Assembly: GCA_963796275.1 (NCBI GenBank)
Contig: CAWCKY010000003.1
Span: 1,600,001 to 1,664,000 of the forward strand
Source of the DNA: an uncultured Acidobacteriota bacterium
GTDB taxonomy: Bacteria; Acidobacteriota; Blastocatellia; RBC074
Direction: 5' to 3'
Length of the DNA: 64,000 bases
Part shown: one piece after another, positions 52,914 through 61,787 of the stretch
Numbering within the stretch: the first letter of the stretch is position 1
How the letters are laid out: the number at the start of each line of letters is the position of its first letter
Notes under the pieces: model-generated
Databases searched by the model: none
Told to the model about the DNA's origin: nothing
The model's input: only the letters and a program-made list of their open reading frames with translations
Translations under genes and position numbers: made by a program

Positions 52914-55900
52914 CTAGAAAGTTAGCTTCAACAGATATCGAATCACGCGGCCGCCGCCGTCTCCCAGCTGCGGTTGCAGGAATTGTCCTGCAGGTGTTGT
53001 GAAGACATTGGCAGATGGCCCTGCCGTGTTCGGCGCGAATGGGCTGATGCTCGCGAATCCGTACTGGGGATGGTTGAAGACGTTAAAGAACTGTGTGCGG
53101 AACTGCAGGTTAATGCCTTCTGTGAGCCTGAACTGCTTTTGAACACTGAAGTCGAAATTGTTGATCCCTCTCGACCGTTCGGTATTGCGTCCAGCCGTAC
53201 CGCTAAGGCCGCTGCCTTGGCGCAGAAAGATGTAACGTGCCGTTGACGGATCGATCGGGGCATTGTTTGCATCGGGGTTGACGTAAATGCCGGTGAAGCG
53301 GTTCATGCTGTCCACTTGCGGCACAGCGCGCACGCCCGCTTGTCCGTTCGGATTGAGGTCCGGGCGATCGTTATTGCCGCCGACGCCGTTTGAATCCTGT
53401 CCATTGGTTACCGTATATGGTACGCCGCTCTCAAACGTCGTGACCCCTGAAATCTGCCATCCGCCAAGGATCTGTCCCCGCGCACCTTTCTGGTTGCGCA
53501 TAAACGGCAGATCGTAGACATAACTGAACACGGCACGATGAGTCCGGTCGAATAGCGAAACCGCGCGTTCATTGCGCTCGCCGCCGAGGGGAAATGGGAT
53601 AATTGAGAGCGAACTGTTGCTCAAACCGGTGGAGGCGAAGAGTTCGCTGTTATTATCTATCAGCTTTGAATATGTGTATGCGCTCGTCAGCGCCAACCCA
53701 TTGCTGAACCGGCGTGACACCTGGATTTGCCCTGCTTGGTAGGAAGAAGAGCCGCTATTGGAGCGGATATTGCGCTGGCCTTGTAGGTTGTCCAGCCGCC
53801 CGCTGATAAAACATCCGGGCGAGTTAGGCGTACAGGTGGTCGATCCCGTGAACCCCGCAGGCGTGATCCGTAAATTTGCCGGCACTTGCGGGTTGCGGTC
53901 TTCATTCATATAGAGTTTTGTTCCTTTCGTGCCGATATATGAGAAATCGACAACCAGCTGGCTGGGCAGTTCACGTTGAATTCCAACTGACCATCGCTGG
54001 TAGTAAGGATTGACTAGCTGTGGGTCGACCAGTGTTTGTCCATCGAGTGGTGAGAGTGGCCTGGCGGTTATTGGCAGGAGAGTCGACAGATTCGCCAGGC
54101 CGCGACCAGTCGTTGTTTGAGAGACGTTCTGCGTCGCAACGACATTGGGCGATGATGTTGCGGCATTGGAAGCGATGTTATTGAAGAACGAATCGTAACC
54201 TATTTGATAGCCGGCGCGGATGACCGTTTTTTTCTGCCCGAAGAGAGAACCGAGCGGACCGCTCTGGTATTCCGGTGAGTATGCGATGCCGATCGTCGGA
54301 GCAAAGTTGTTGTTGTCGGGCTCCACTTTGCTCGGTTGCGAATATGGTCCCTGGAAGGTAACCGGATCGACGTTGAATAATCCGGTGAACGCAGCAGTGC
54401 TGATTGAGTTGATCGGATTACCGAAGTTCTCATAGCGCACGCCGAGCGTCAACGTGAGCGCTTCATTCATACGCCAGCGATCCTGGACGAAATAGGCCTG
54501 GCGAAAGAGTTCGGGGTAGTAGAGCGGGCTGCCGAATGTGCGGTTCGCCGAACCGGCGGAGCCGGAAAAATCGTCGGCAAAATTGGCAAAGCTTGTACGG
54601 TCCGCGCTGGCATTATAGATGAGCGATCCGCGCTCAGTGATCGGCGCAAATTGGCGCGAGCGCTGCTGGAGCAGATCGAAGCCGAAACGGAATGTATGAT
54701 TGCCGCGAACGTGGGTCATCGTGTCCTGAATGACGTAGTTGTTGGCGACGCGGCCCTGCGGTAAATTTGTTTGAATGCCGAAGTCGTAGCCGAGAGTGGG
54801 CGAGTCGGTAATACCGTCGATTTCGATGCTAGGCAATGTCAACCCCAGCGGGTTGGTCGGATCGAGCGGAAACGAGAGCGCGATACGGTTATATGATAGA
54901 CGCAACTCATTTGTGAGGGTTGGGGTGAAGACATGTGTTTCACTTATCAGGAAGTTCTGAAAACGATTCGGCTGGCTGGTAGTGAAACCCGGCAGACCGA
55001 GATCTGCGCCGCCAAGCGGATCTGACTGATTAGAATAAAGATAACGGCCGGAGAGTTGTGATGATTCGCTGATCTTATGATCAATGCGAATCTGGAATTG
55101 CGGTTCGACGAACGTCCTCGCGAATGATGTTCCGGCTGTGGCAAATGGGATATTGCCGCGGTCAAGACCGGTCACCGGATCGTTGCCCAACGCGATAGGA
55201 TTCGGATTCGTAACTCCAACCACACCATCGGTAACAGCCAGATACGTGTCCACGCGAGGATTCATTCCCTGCGGAAAGAGTTGCCTCAAGTTTGCTCGTC
55301 CTGCAGCGGTCGGTACCAGAACATTCGTCGTTTCGTTGAATGCCTGCCGTTGATTTTGGTATGCGGCGAAAAAGAACGTACGGTCTTTGCCGTCATAAAG
55401 CACCGGCCCCCCTTCGCCGAAGCGCGGGAATTTCACCGGGCCTCCGAAGGTACCCGCGAAAACATGCTCGGTACCGTAAGGCGGGTATCCGCGATCTGCG
55501 ATTTCCGGGATGATGGATTGCGTGTTGGTAATAGCGTCATCGCGCGTCGAATCGTATTGCCACGAAACTGTGCCATGGTACTGATTCGTCCCGGCCTTTG
55601 TGATCACGTTGACGACCGCGCCACCGGCACGTCCGAACTCGGCATCATAATTCGAAGTTTGAACCGAGACCTCTGAAACCGCATCAGGATTCTTGATCTG
55701 GAAGCCCTGCCCGGCGATCGAGATGTCATTGTTCTCCGTGCCATCGATCAGAAAGTTGTTCGAACGACCGCGACCGCCGTTGACCACAAAAGTGTCGACA
55801 CCGAAGCCAAAACGGTTGGTAGAAACACCCGGCAGCGTGAGCGCAAGCGTAACCGGGTTGCGATTCGCAACCGGTAGATCGACGATGCGCGTGGCATCGA

Positions 55901-56309
55901 TGTTCCCGCCACGCACCGGCGCTTCAGTCTGGAGCAATGCGCCTGTCTCGGCCGTCACATCGACCGTCAGCTCCTGCGTTCCGGGAGAGAGTTCCGCGTC
56001 GACAGTCGAGGTGAGATTTGCGCTCACGACGATGTTCGATTTATTCACCACGCCGAAATTGGTCGCGTTGAATTTGACCGTATATGTCCCGAGATCGACC
56101 GCATCGAAGCGATAAACCCCATCTTTATTGGTCACCGTCGATCGGCTGACTGATGTCGCCGTATTCGTCAGTACGATGCTAGCGCCGGTGATCACGGCGC
56201 CGGTTGAATCGGTGATTACTCCGCTTACCGTGCCGCGGCTCGTTTGCGCGAACACCGCAAGCGATACCACTAGCAGTAAAAATGTAACGTTAAGTGCTCT
56301 TGCCTGCAT
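52914..56309 (-). CDS. TonB-dependent receptor (Oar-like)
   Basis: GGAGG RBS, signal peptide, SGVITDSTGAVI, NNFLIDG, FVQDRWR; ends in LTF. Confidence 0.95.
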   Translation of the reverse strand: MQARALNVTFLLLVVSLAVFAQTSRGTVSGVITDSTGAVITGASIVLTNTATSVSRSTVTNKDGVYRFDAVDLGTYTVKFNATNFGVVNKSNIVVSANLTSTVDAELSPGTQELTVDVTAETGALLQTEAPVRGGNIDATRIVDLPVANRNPVTLALTLPGVSTNRFGFGVDTFVVNGGRGRSNNFLIDGTENNDISIAGQGFQIKNPDAVSEVSVQTSNYDAEFGRAGGAVVNVITKAGTNQYHGTVSWQYDSTRDDAITNTQSIIPEIADRGYPPYGTEHVFAGTFGGPVKFPRFGEGGPVLYDGKDRTFFFAAYQNQRQAFNETTNVLVPTAAGRANLRQLFPQGMNPRVDTYLAVTDGVVGVTNPNPIALGNDPVTGLDRGNIPFATAGTSFARTFVEPQFQIRIDHKISESSQLSGRYLYSNQSDPLGGADLGLPGFTTSQPNRFQNFLISETHVFTPTLTNELRLSYNRIALSFPLDPTNPLGLTLPSIEIDGITDSPTLGYDFGIQTNLPQGRVANNYVIQDTMTHVRGNHTFRFGFDLLQQRSRQFAPITERGSLIYNASADRTSFANFADDFSGSAGSANRTFGSPLYYPELFRQAYFVQDRWRMNEALTLTLGVRYENFGNPINSISTAAFTGLFNVDPVTFQGPYSQPSKVEPDNNNFAPTIGIAYSPEYQSGPLGSLFGQKKTVIRAGYQIGYDSFFNNIASNAATSSPNVVATQNVSQTTTGRGLANLSTLLPITARPLSPLDGQTLVDPQLVNPYYQRWSVGIQRELPSQLVVDFSYIGTKGTKLYMNEDRNPQVPANLRITPAGFTGSTTCTPNSPGCFISGRLDNLQGQRNIRSNSGSSSYQAGQIQVSRRFSNGLALTSAYTYSKLIDNNSELFASTGLSNSSLSIIPFPLGGERNERAVSLFDRTHRAVFSYVYDLPFMRNQKGARGQILGGWQISGVTTFESGVPYTVTNGQDSNGVGGNNDRPDLNPNGQAGVRAVPQVDSMNRFTGIYVNPDANNAPIDPSTARYIFLRQGSGLSGTAGRNTERSRGINNFDFSVQKQFRLTEGINLQFRTQFFNVFNHPQYGFASISPFAPNTAGPSANVFTTPAGQFLQPQLGDGGGRVIRYLLKLTF

Positions 56310-56460
56310 ATAGTCCCCTCCACTCATTTTGCCAGGATGTTACAGTTTGTGATTTCCAACTTATTGGTACGTTGATTACAGTTTGTTGAATAAATTCATG
56401 GTTGCTTGCAAATTTGGAACTGTCTCCAAAGGCGTTGTCTTAATCTCAATCGGAATAAAT

Positions 56461-56477
56461 AGCAATCGTCGTTCCGA
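56461..56477 (-). promoter_or_regulatory. Candidate sigma54 (-24/-12) promoter
   Basis: Minus strand TCGGAACGACGATTGCT: GG-N10-GC, two mismatches to YTGGCACGRNNNTTGCW. Confidence 0.55.
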
Positions 56478-56642
56478 TATATCGTGTGGTTTTCTGTACT
56501 AGTAAGTTATTCGGAATGAATGCAATGAAACAGAGCAATCAGCATCGGCGATAATGTATGATCGGAAATTGGATAGGTTGTTCAAGATTTCGGATATCCT
56601 TGGAAAATTTGTCTCTCGTCTCCATCTTGGTTAACGAGAAAT

Positions 56643-58829
56643 ATGGAACAAAAATCCTCCTTTGGCAATCAGACGCTCACCGGTTCGGTAGAGCGGGTGA
56701 CCTATCATAACGATCAGAACGGTTACACAGTCCTGCGACTGCTCATATCGGGACACAGCGAACCGCTAACTGTGACAGGAAATTTTTCTTCCGTCTCGCC
56801 TGGTGAAAGTCTCAGGCTGACAGGCCTATGGACGAGCCACCCACAATATGGCGATCAGTTCAAAGCCGTGGAGTACGCCGTCATTCGGCCCGCGACGATT
56901 GCTGGCATTCAGAAATATCTCGGTTCGGGGTTGATCAAAGGCGTCGGCCCGGTCACGGCCAGGCGGATTGTCGAACATTTCGGAGAAAGTACACTTGATG
57001 TAATAGAAAGCGACATCGCCCGCCTGGCCGAAGTCAAGGGCATTGCGCGCAAACGAATCGCGATGATTCAGAAGACCTGGCAGGATCAGCGGGCTATCAA
57101 GGATGTCATGTTATTCCTTCAGAGCCACTCGGTCTCGACCCATTTCGCCGTAAAAATATATAAACAGTATGGAAACGAATCGATTTCGATTGTCGAGCAG
57201 ACGCCATACCGCCTGGCGTCAGAGGTATACGGCATCGGTTTCCGGACCGCCGATCAGATCGCGCGGAACCTCGGAATGCCTGCCGATGCCGAGGAGCGGA
57301 TGCGCGCCGGCTTGCAATACGTATTGCTCCAGGCGACTGATGAAGGCCATTGTTATTTGCCTTGGCAGGATTTGATCGAACGCTCGACCGTTATCCTCGA
57401 GGTGGATGAAAGGGAGAAGCTCGCTCGCGCGCTCGAGCAGATGCTCGACGAGGGGTTGCTGAAAACCGCGATGGATTCCAGCGAAAAATCGGTCTATCTG
57501 CCGCCTATCTGGCAATCCGAGCGCGGAGTTGCGCGCCGGCTGAGAACTTTGCTTGAAAAACCGCTTCGAGTCGACCGCCGGCGCATCGAGGACTGGCTCA
57601 ACCGCTTTAACGTGAAGAAAGGGATAGAACTTTCCGACGAACAGCGACAGGCCGTTCATCGAGCGGCCGCCGAGCGGGTATTCATCCTGACCGGAGGGCC
57701 GGGGACGGGAAAGACCTCTACGCTGCGTACGATGGTCGCACTCTTCTCGGCGATGGGCAGGAGCGTCCTGCTGGCGAGCCCGACCGGTAGAGCCGCACAG
57801 CGGCTCTCTGATGTGACCGGGCGCGAGGCGAAAACCATTCATCGTCTGCTCGAATTCGATCCATCGCAGATGTCGTTCAAGCGCAACGAGGAATGGCCGC
57901 TGGAAGCCGACGTCGTGATCATCGACGAGTCATCGATGATCGATATCGTGCTAGCCAATAGCTTGTTCAAAGCGATACATCCGGAATCGCAGTTGATATT
58001 GGTCGGAGACGTCGATCAACTGCCGTCGGTCGGGCCGGGAACGGTACTGAAGGATATTATCGATTCGGGGGCAGTGCCGGTCGCGCGGTTGACCCAGGTC
58101 TTCAGGCAGGCGGCCGAAAGCATGATCGTCCGGAATGCGCATCGCATCAACCGCGGCGATTTTCCCCGACTCGTCAAACCCGGCGAGCAGAAGAGCGATT
58201 GTTATTTCATAGAAGCCGATGAGCCGGATGAGATCGTCGAATTGCTCGTCAAGTCGGTTGCGAAGAGCCTCCCGCGCCGCTTCGGTTATGATCCGATGAA
58301 AGATATACAGGTACTTGCGCCGATGAATCGCGGACGCGTCGGCGCGCATCAACTCAACTCGCTGCTGCAGGCCGCGCTCAATCCGCCCGGGGCGGGGAAG
58401 ACCGAGTTGGCGCGCGGCAGCCGCATTTTGCGCGTCGGCGACAAGGTGATTCAGCGAGTCAATAACTATAAGCTGGAGGTATTCAACGGCGATGTAGGGA
58501 TGATTGAAAACATAGAGCTGGAAGATCAGATGATCGCCGTGCGTTTCGCCGATCGCGTGGTCGAGTATGACTATGCCGATATCATGGACCTCGCTCACGG
58601 ATTCGCAGTTTCAATCCATAAGTCCCAGGGCAGCGAATATCCCACGGTCGTGATACCGCTCCACGTACAGCATTTCCTGATTCTCAGTCGAAATTTGCTA
58701 TACACCGCGCTGACCAGAGCGAAGAAGACGGTCGTGATGATCGGAATGGCCAGGGCAATCGGAATGGCGATGCACAATCTGGAAGCATCGCGCAGGTTCA
58801 CAAGTTTGGCGAAGGAGCTTCAACACTGA
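56643..58829 (+). CDS. recD2: ATP-dependent RecD-like (SF1B) helicase
   Basis: YLGSGLIKGVGP, TGGPGTGKT, ASPTGRAA, IIDESSM, GDVDQLPSVGPG, HKSQGSE and YTALTRAK. Confidence 0.96.
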   Translation: MEQKSSFGNQTLTGSVERVTYHNDQNGYTVLRLLISGHSEPLTVTGNFSSVSPGESLRLTGLWTSHPQYGDQFKAVEYAVIRPATIAGIQKYLGSGLIKGVGPVTARRIVEHFGESTLDVIESDIARLAEVKGIARKRIAMIQKTWQDQRAIKDVMLFLQSHSVSTHFAVKIYKQYGNESISIVEQTPYRLASEVYGIGFRTADQIARNLGMPADAEERMRAGLQYVLLQATDEGHCYLPWQDLIERSTVILEVDEREKLARALEQMLDEGLLKTAMDSSEKSVYLPPIWQSERGVARRLRTLLEKPLRVDRRRIEDWLNRFNVKKGIELSDEQRQAVHRAAAERVFILTGGPGTGKTSTLRTMVALFSAMGRSVLLASPTGRAAQRLSDVTGREAKTIHRLLEFDPSQMSFKRNEEWPLEADVVIIDESSMIDIVLANSLFKAIHPESQLILVGDVDQLPSVGPGTVLKDIIDSGAVPVARLTQVFRQAAESMIVRNAHRINRGDFPRLVKPGEQKSDCYFIEADEPDEIVELLVKSVAKSLPRRFGYDPMKDIQVLAPMNRGRVGAHQLNSLLQAALNPPGAGKTELARGSRILRVGDKVIQRVNNYKLEVFNGDVGMIENIELEDQMIAVRFADRVVEYDYADIMDLAHGFAVSIHKSQGSEYPTVVIPLHVQHFLILSRNLLYTALTRAKKTVVMIGMARAIGMAMHNLEASRRFTSLAKELQH

Positions 58830-58845
58830 GAACGGTGAGGCGGAA

Positions 58846-58968
58846 ATCAGGTATCATTTTACATTTATCATTTTATATTTGTAATTTTACATTTGTCGTT
58901 TTTAGTAACCACTTCTCTTCAATGACAAATTACAAATGTAAAATTACAAATGTAGAATGATACCTGAT
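58846..58968. repeat. Heptamer-built inverted repeat (CATTTTA type), same family as 30531..30660
   Basis: atcaggtatcattttacattt...gtaattttacatttg pairs with caaatgtaaaattacaaatgtagaatgatacctgat; lies between convergent genes. Confidence 0.88.
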
Positions 58969-58987
58969 CTGTCCCGAGCCACCTCTG

Positions 58988-59407
58988 TTAATTGCAGAAC
59001 TTATCGAAAGCCTTGACCAATTCGCCCGCTATCTCTTCGGCGCCGCGCCCTTCGATCTGATACCGTTCCAATATATGGACGACGTTGCCGTTCTGCAGCA
59101 GCGCGATCGATGGCGAAGATGGCTGATAACCCTTGAAATAACTGCGCGCGCGCTCGGTCGCTTCGATATCGGCGCCGGCGAACACCGTGATCATTTTATT
59201 CGGCAGGACGCTGTGATTTAACGCGAGCGCGACTCCGGGGCGAGCCTTGCCTGCGGCACAACCGCAGACCGAATTGACGATGACCATGACGGTCCCCTGT
59301 GTATCGCTGATCGCCGCATCTACCTGGTCGGGCGTGCGAGTTTCCTCGATACCCAACTTGGTCAGGTCTTCCCTCATAGGCTTAATCAAAAGCTCTGAAT
59401 ATGGCAT
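58988..59407 (-). CDS. BrxA/BrxB family bacilliredoxin (DUF1094)
   Basis: PMREDL, VNSVCGCAAGKARPG, TVFAG, PSSPSIAL and IEGR. Confidence 0.93.
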   Translation of the reverse strand: MPYSELLIKPMREDLTKLGIEETRTPDQVDAAISDTQGTVMVIVNSVCGCAAGKARPGVALALNHSVLPNKMITVFAGADIEATERARSYFKGYQPSSPSIALLQNGNVVHILERYQIEGRGAEEIAGELVKAFDKFCN

Positions 59408-59507
59408 AACTTCTCCTTTTATGAATTTGTAGTGAAGGCAAAGATAATATGCCCATATCCTAAATACAAATCATCAATACAAATCATCGCATCCTGTCCA
59501 ATAAAAT

Positions 59508-59612
59508 CGCGGAAAACACGGGAAGATAATCGATAATTGATAGTTCGGGAGCGCCCTCGAAACAATCTTATCCGAATTATCAATTATCAATTTTCTTCCC
59601 GTGTTTTCCGCG
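59508..59612. repeat. Nested palindrome: perfect 19-bp outer arms enclosing a GATAATT heptamer inverted repeat
   Basis: cgcggaaaacacgggaaga / tcttcccgtgttttccgcg; inner gataatcgataattgatag / aattatcaattatcaatt. Confidence 0.88.
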
Positions 59613-59640
59613 GTTGATCATCCGATCCGAGAATCGGAGG

Positions 59641-61648
59641 TTACGGCAGACCATCCAGGAAAGCGCGATGGCTGCTGGAAAACTCGAAATTATTAAACCT
59701 ATCCCAATTGATAGACCAAGTCATGAGACCTCTGAAATCGGGATAGCCTGCGGGATTGCGCAGCATATACCGCCCGCCGAACGACTGGCCCCGGATGATG
59801 TAATTGAGCGCACGCTGCACCTCTGCCGGCGGAGTGTAACCGCTGCCGGCCGCTTGAGTCGCCGCGGGAAGCCCGATCGCAACCTGGTCCGGTCTCAACG
59901 CCGGGAAGAACATGCTCTGATTCCCAGCCACGGGGAATCCCTGTAACAACATATCGGCCATGGCGCACATGGAAATCGGCGTTGGCCGAGCTGTAAGCCA
60001 CGCCATCGAGCCCGAACACCGATCCCGTGTTGTAGTGTTGTACGTGGATGAAAGTCAATTTGTCTCTCACGCCGTGTATCACCGGGAGATATGCTCCGGC
60101 GCTACCGCCGTAGTTGGCGAACCCGACTTGAACGAAGAACGTCTCGGGTGCCATCGAAAGGATGAAGTTCGGGCCAAAATTATTGGCCAGGGTTCTGAGC
60201 GCTGAGATGAGGTTGATGATCTTCGGCGTCGTCGGATTCCTGAAGTCAGTATCGCCCGCGCCGAGCGTCACTGAACTTCCTTCGAAATCGACATCGATCC
60301 CATTGAACCCATATTGGTTGATGATCCCGGTGATCGAGTTGATGAAGTTCTGCCGATCAGTCTCGGTCGGGAGTTCCACGTGACCATTGGCGCCGCCGAT
60401 CGACAGAAGCACCTTCTTCCCTTCGCTCTTAAGTTGCGCAATATCGGCCTCTACCTCAGCGGCTGTAGTGCGCACATCGGGAACGAACTGTATGGTAGAG
60501 AAGCTGCCGGGAACCGGCTCACCGAAGGCAACATCGATGACGTCGAAATCTCTAGAGACATCGCGCAGTCTGATGAAGCCCGAACCATTGTCGAAATTAT
60601 GCCAGTAGCCGACGATAATTTTTCCGGGAAGCTGCCCGCCGCCTCCCCCACCACCGCTTTGCGTAGTCGCGCTCACCGAATTGCTCGCGCCGGACACATT
60701 GCCAGCGGCATCTTCGGCCCTGATCGTGAACGTGTAAGTCGTGTTCGGAGTCAGACCGGATACGGTGAAAATTGTCGACATCGCCATTCCAATAGGAGTC
60801 GTGCTGGCTCCTTGGAAGACATCGTATCCCGTCACCCCGACGTTATCGCTCGCGGCATTCCAGGCGATCGAGATGCTGGTGGATGTGGTAGCCGTCACCC
60901 GCAGGTTTCCCGGCACCGACGGCGCTTGCGTGTCGCCGCCGCCCCCACCGTCTCCCGTAACAAATAACCAGAGCGCCGGCACATTGAGTGGCTCCCAACC
61001 CGTCAGCGATGTGTGGTTCTGCCGGCATTCGTAGACGCTCCCTTGATAGGTGACTCGCGTCCCGATCGTGTAGGGAGTGTTGGCGGCCCATGGTGCCGGT
61101 TGCGTGCCTCCTCCGCCGCTCTGTGTGGTCGCGCTGACGGCATTGCTGGCGGCCGAGAAATTGCCGGCCGCATCCCTCGCCCTGACGGTGAAGCTGAAGG
61201 TGGTGGCTGATGAGAGACCGGTGGCGGTGAAGGTGGTGGAAGATGTGGCGCCGATGGGAGTGCCGCCGCGCAAGACATCGTAGCCCGTGACGGCGACATT
61301 ATCGGAAGAGGGGTTCCAGGCGAGGGAGACGCTCGAGGATGTGGTGGCGGTGACCTGCAGGTTCGCCGGAGCGGATGGGGATTGAGTATCGCCGCCGCCG
61401 CCGCCCCCACCGGAGATATGTAACCATAGAGCGGGCGTGCTGGGAGGCTCCCAGGAGACGATCGAGCTGTGAGCCTGGCGGCACTGGTAGGTGCTGCCCT
61501 GGTAGCTGACCTGAGCTCCGACGGAATATGATGTGTTAGCTGACCAGGCCGGAATCTGCTGTGCCGAGACCGCTATCAGGACGACGGTCATTGCCGCGAA
61601 TATTGCGATTACATTCAACCAATGTTTAAGAAATCTATTTTCTGACAT
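59641..61648 (-). CDS. Secreted GH18 chitinase (ChiD-like), CBM5/12-FN3-CBM5/12-FN3-GH18; frameshift near 59965
   Basis: VGYWHNF, LLSIGGA, FNGIDVDFE, SMAPE and QHYN; C-terminus AMADMLL...GLMTWSINWD lies in ORF 59641..60006. Confidence 0.92.
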
Positions 61649-61787
61649 TATCTCTCCTTATTTAATCGAGGCATCTGACGACAAAACAAACTCAAAAACA
61701 CAGAAAGGCACGGGTAAGGAAATCTGCAGTCAAGTATCTTCATACTTTTCTTTTAGCCTCTATATGTTTTGTGGTTATACCTCTTCA

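Noticed and set aside
56643-58829. RecD2 as part of a defence or mobile element
   Set aside because: Standard stand-alone RecD2 architecture with no neighbouring nuclease, integrase or phage genes
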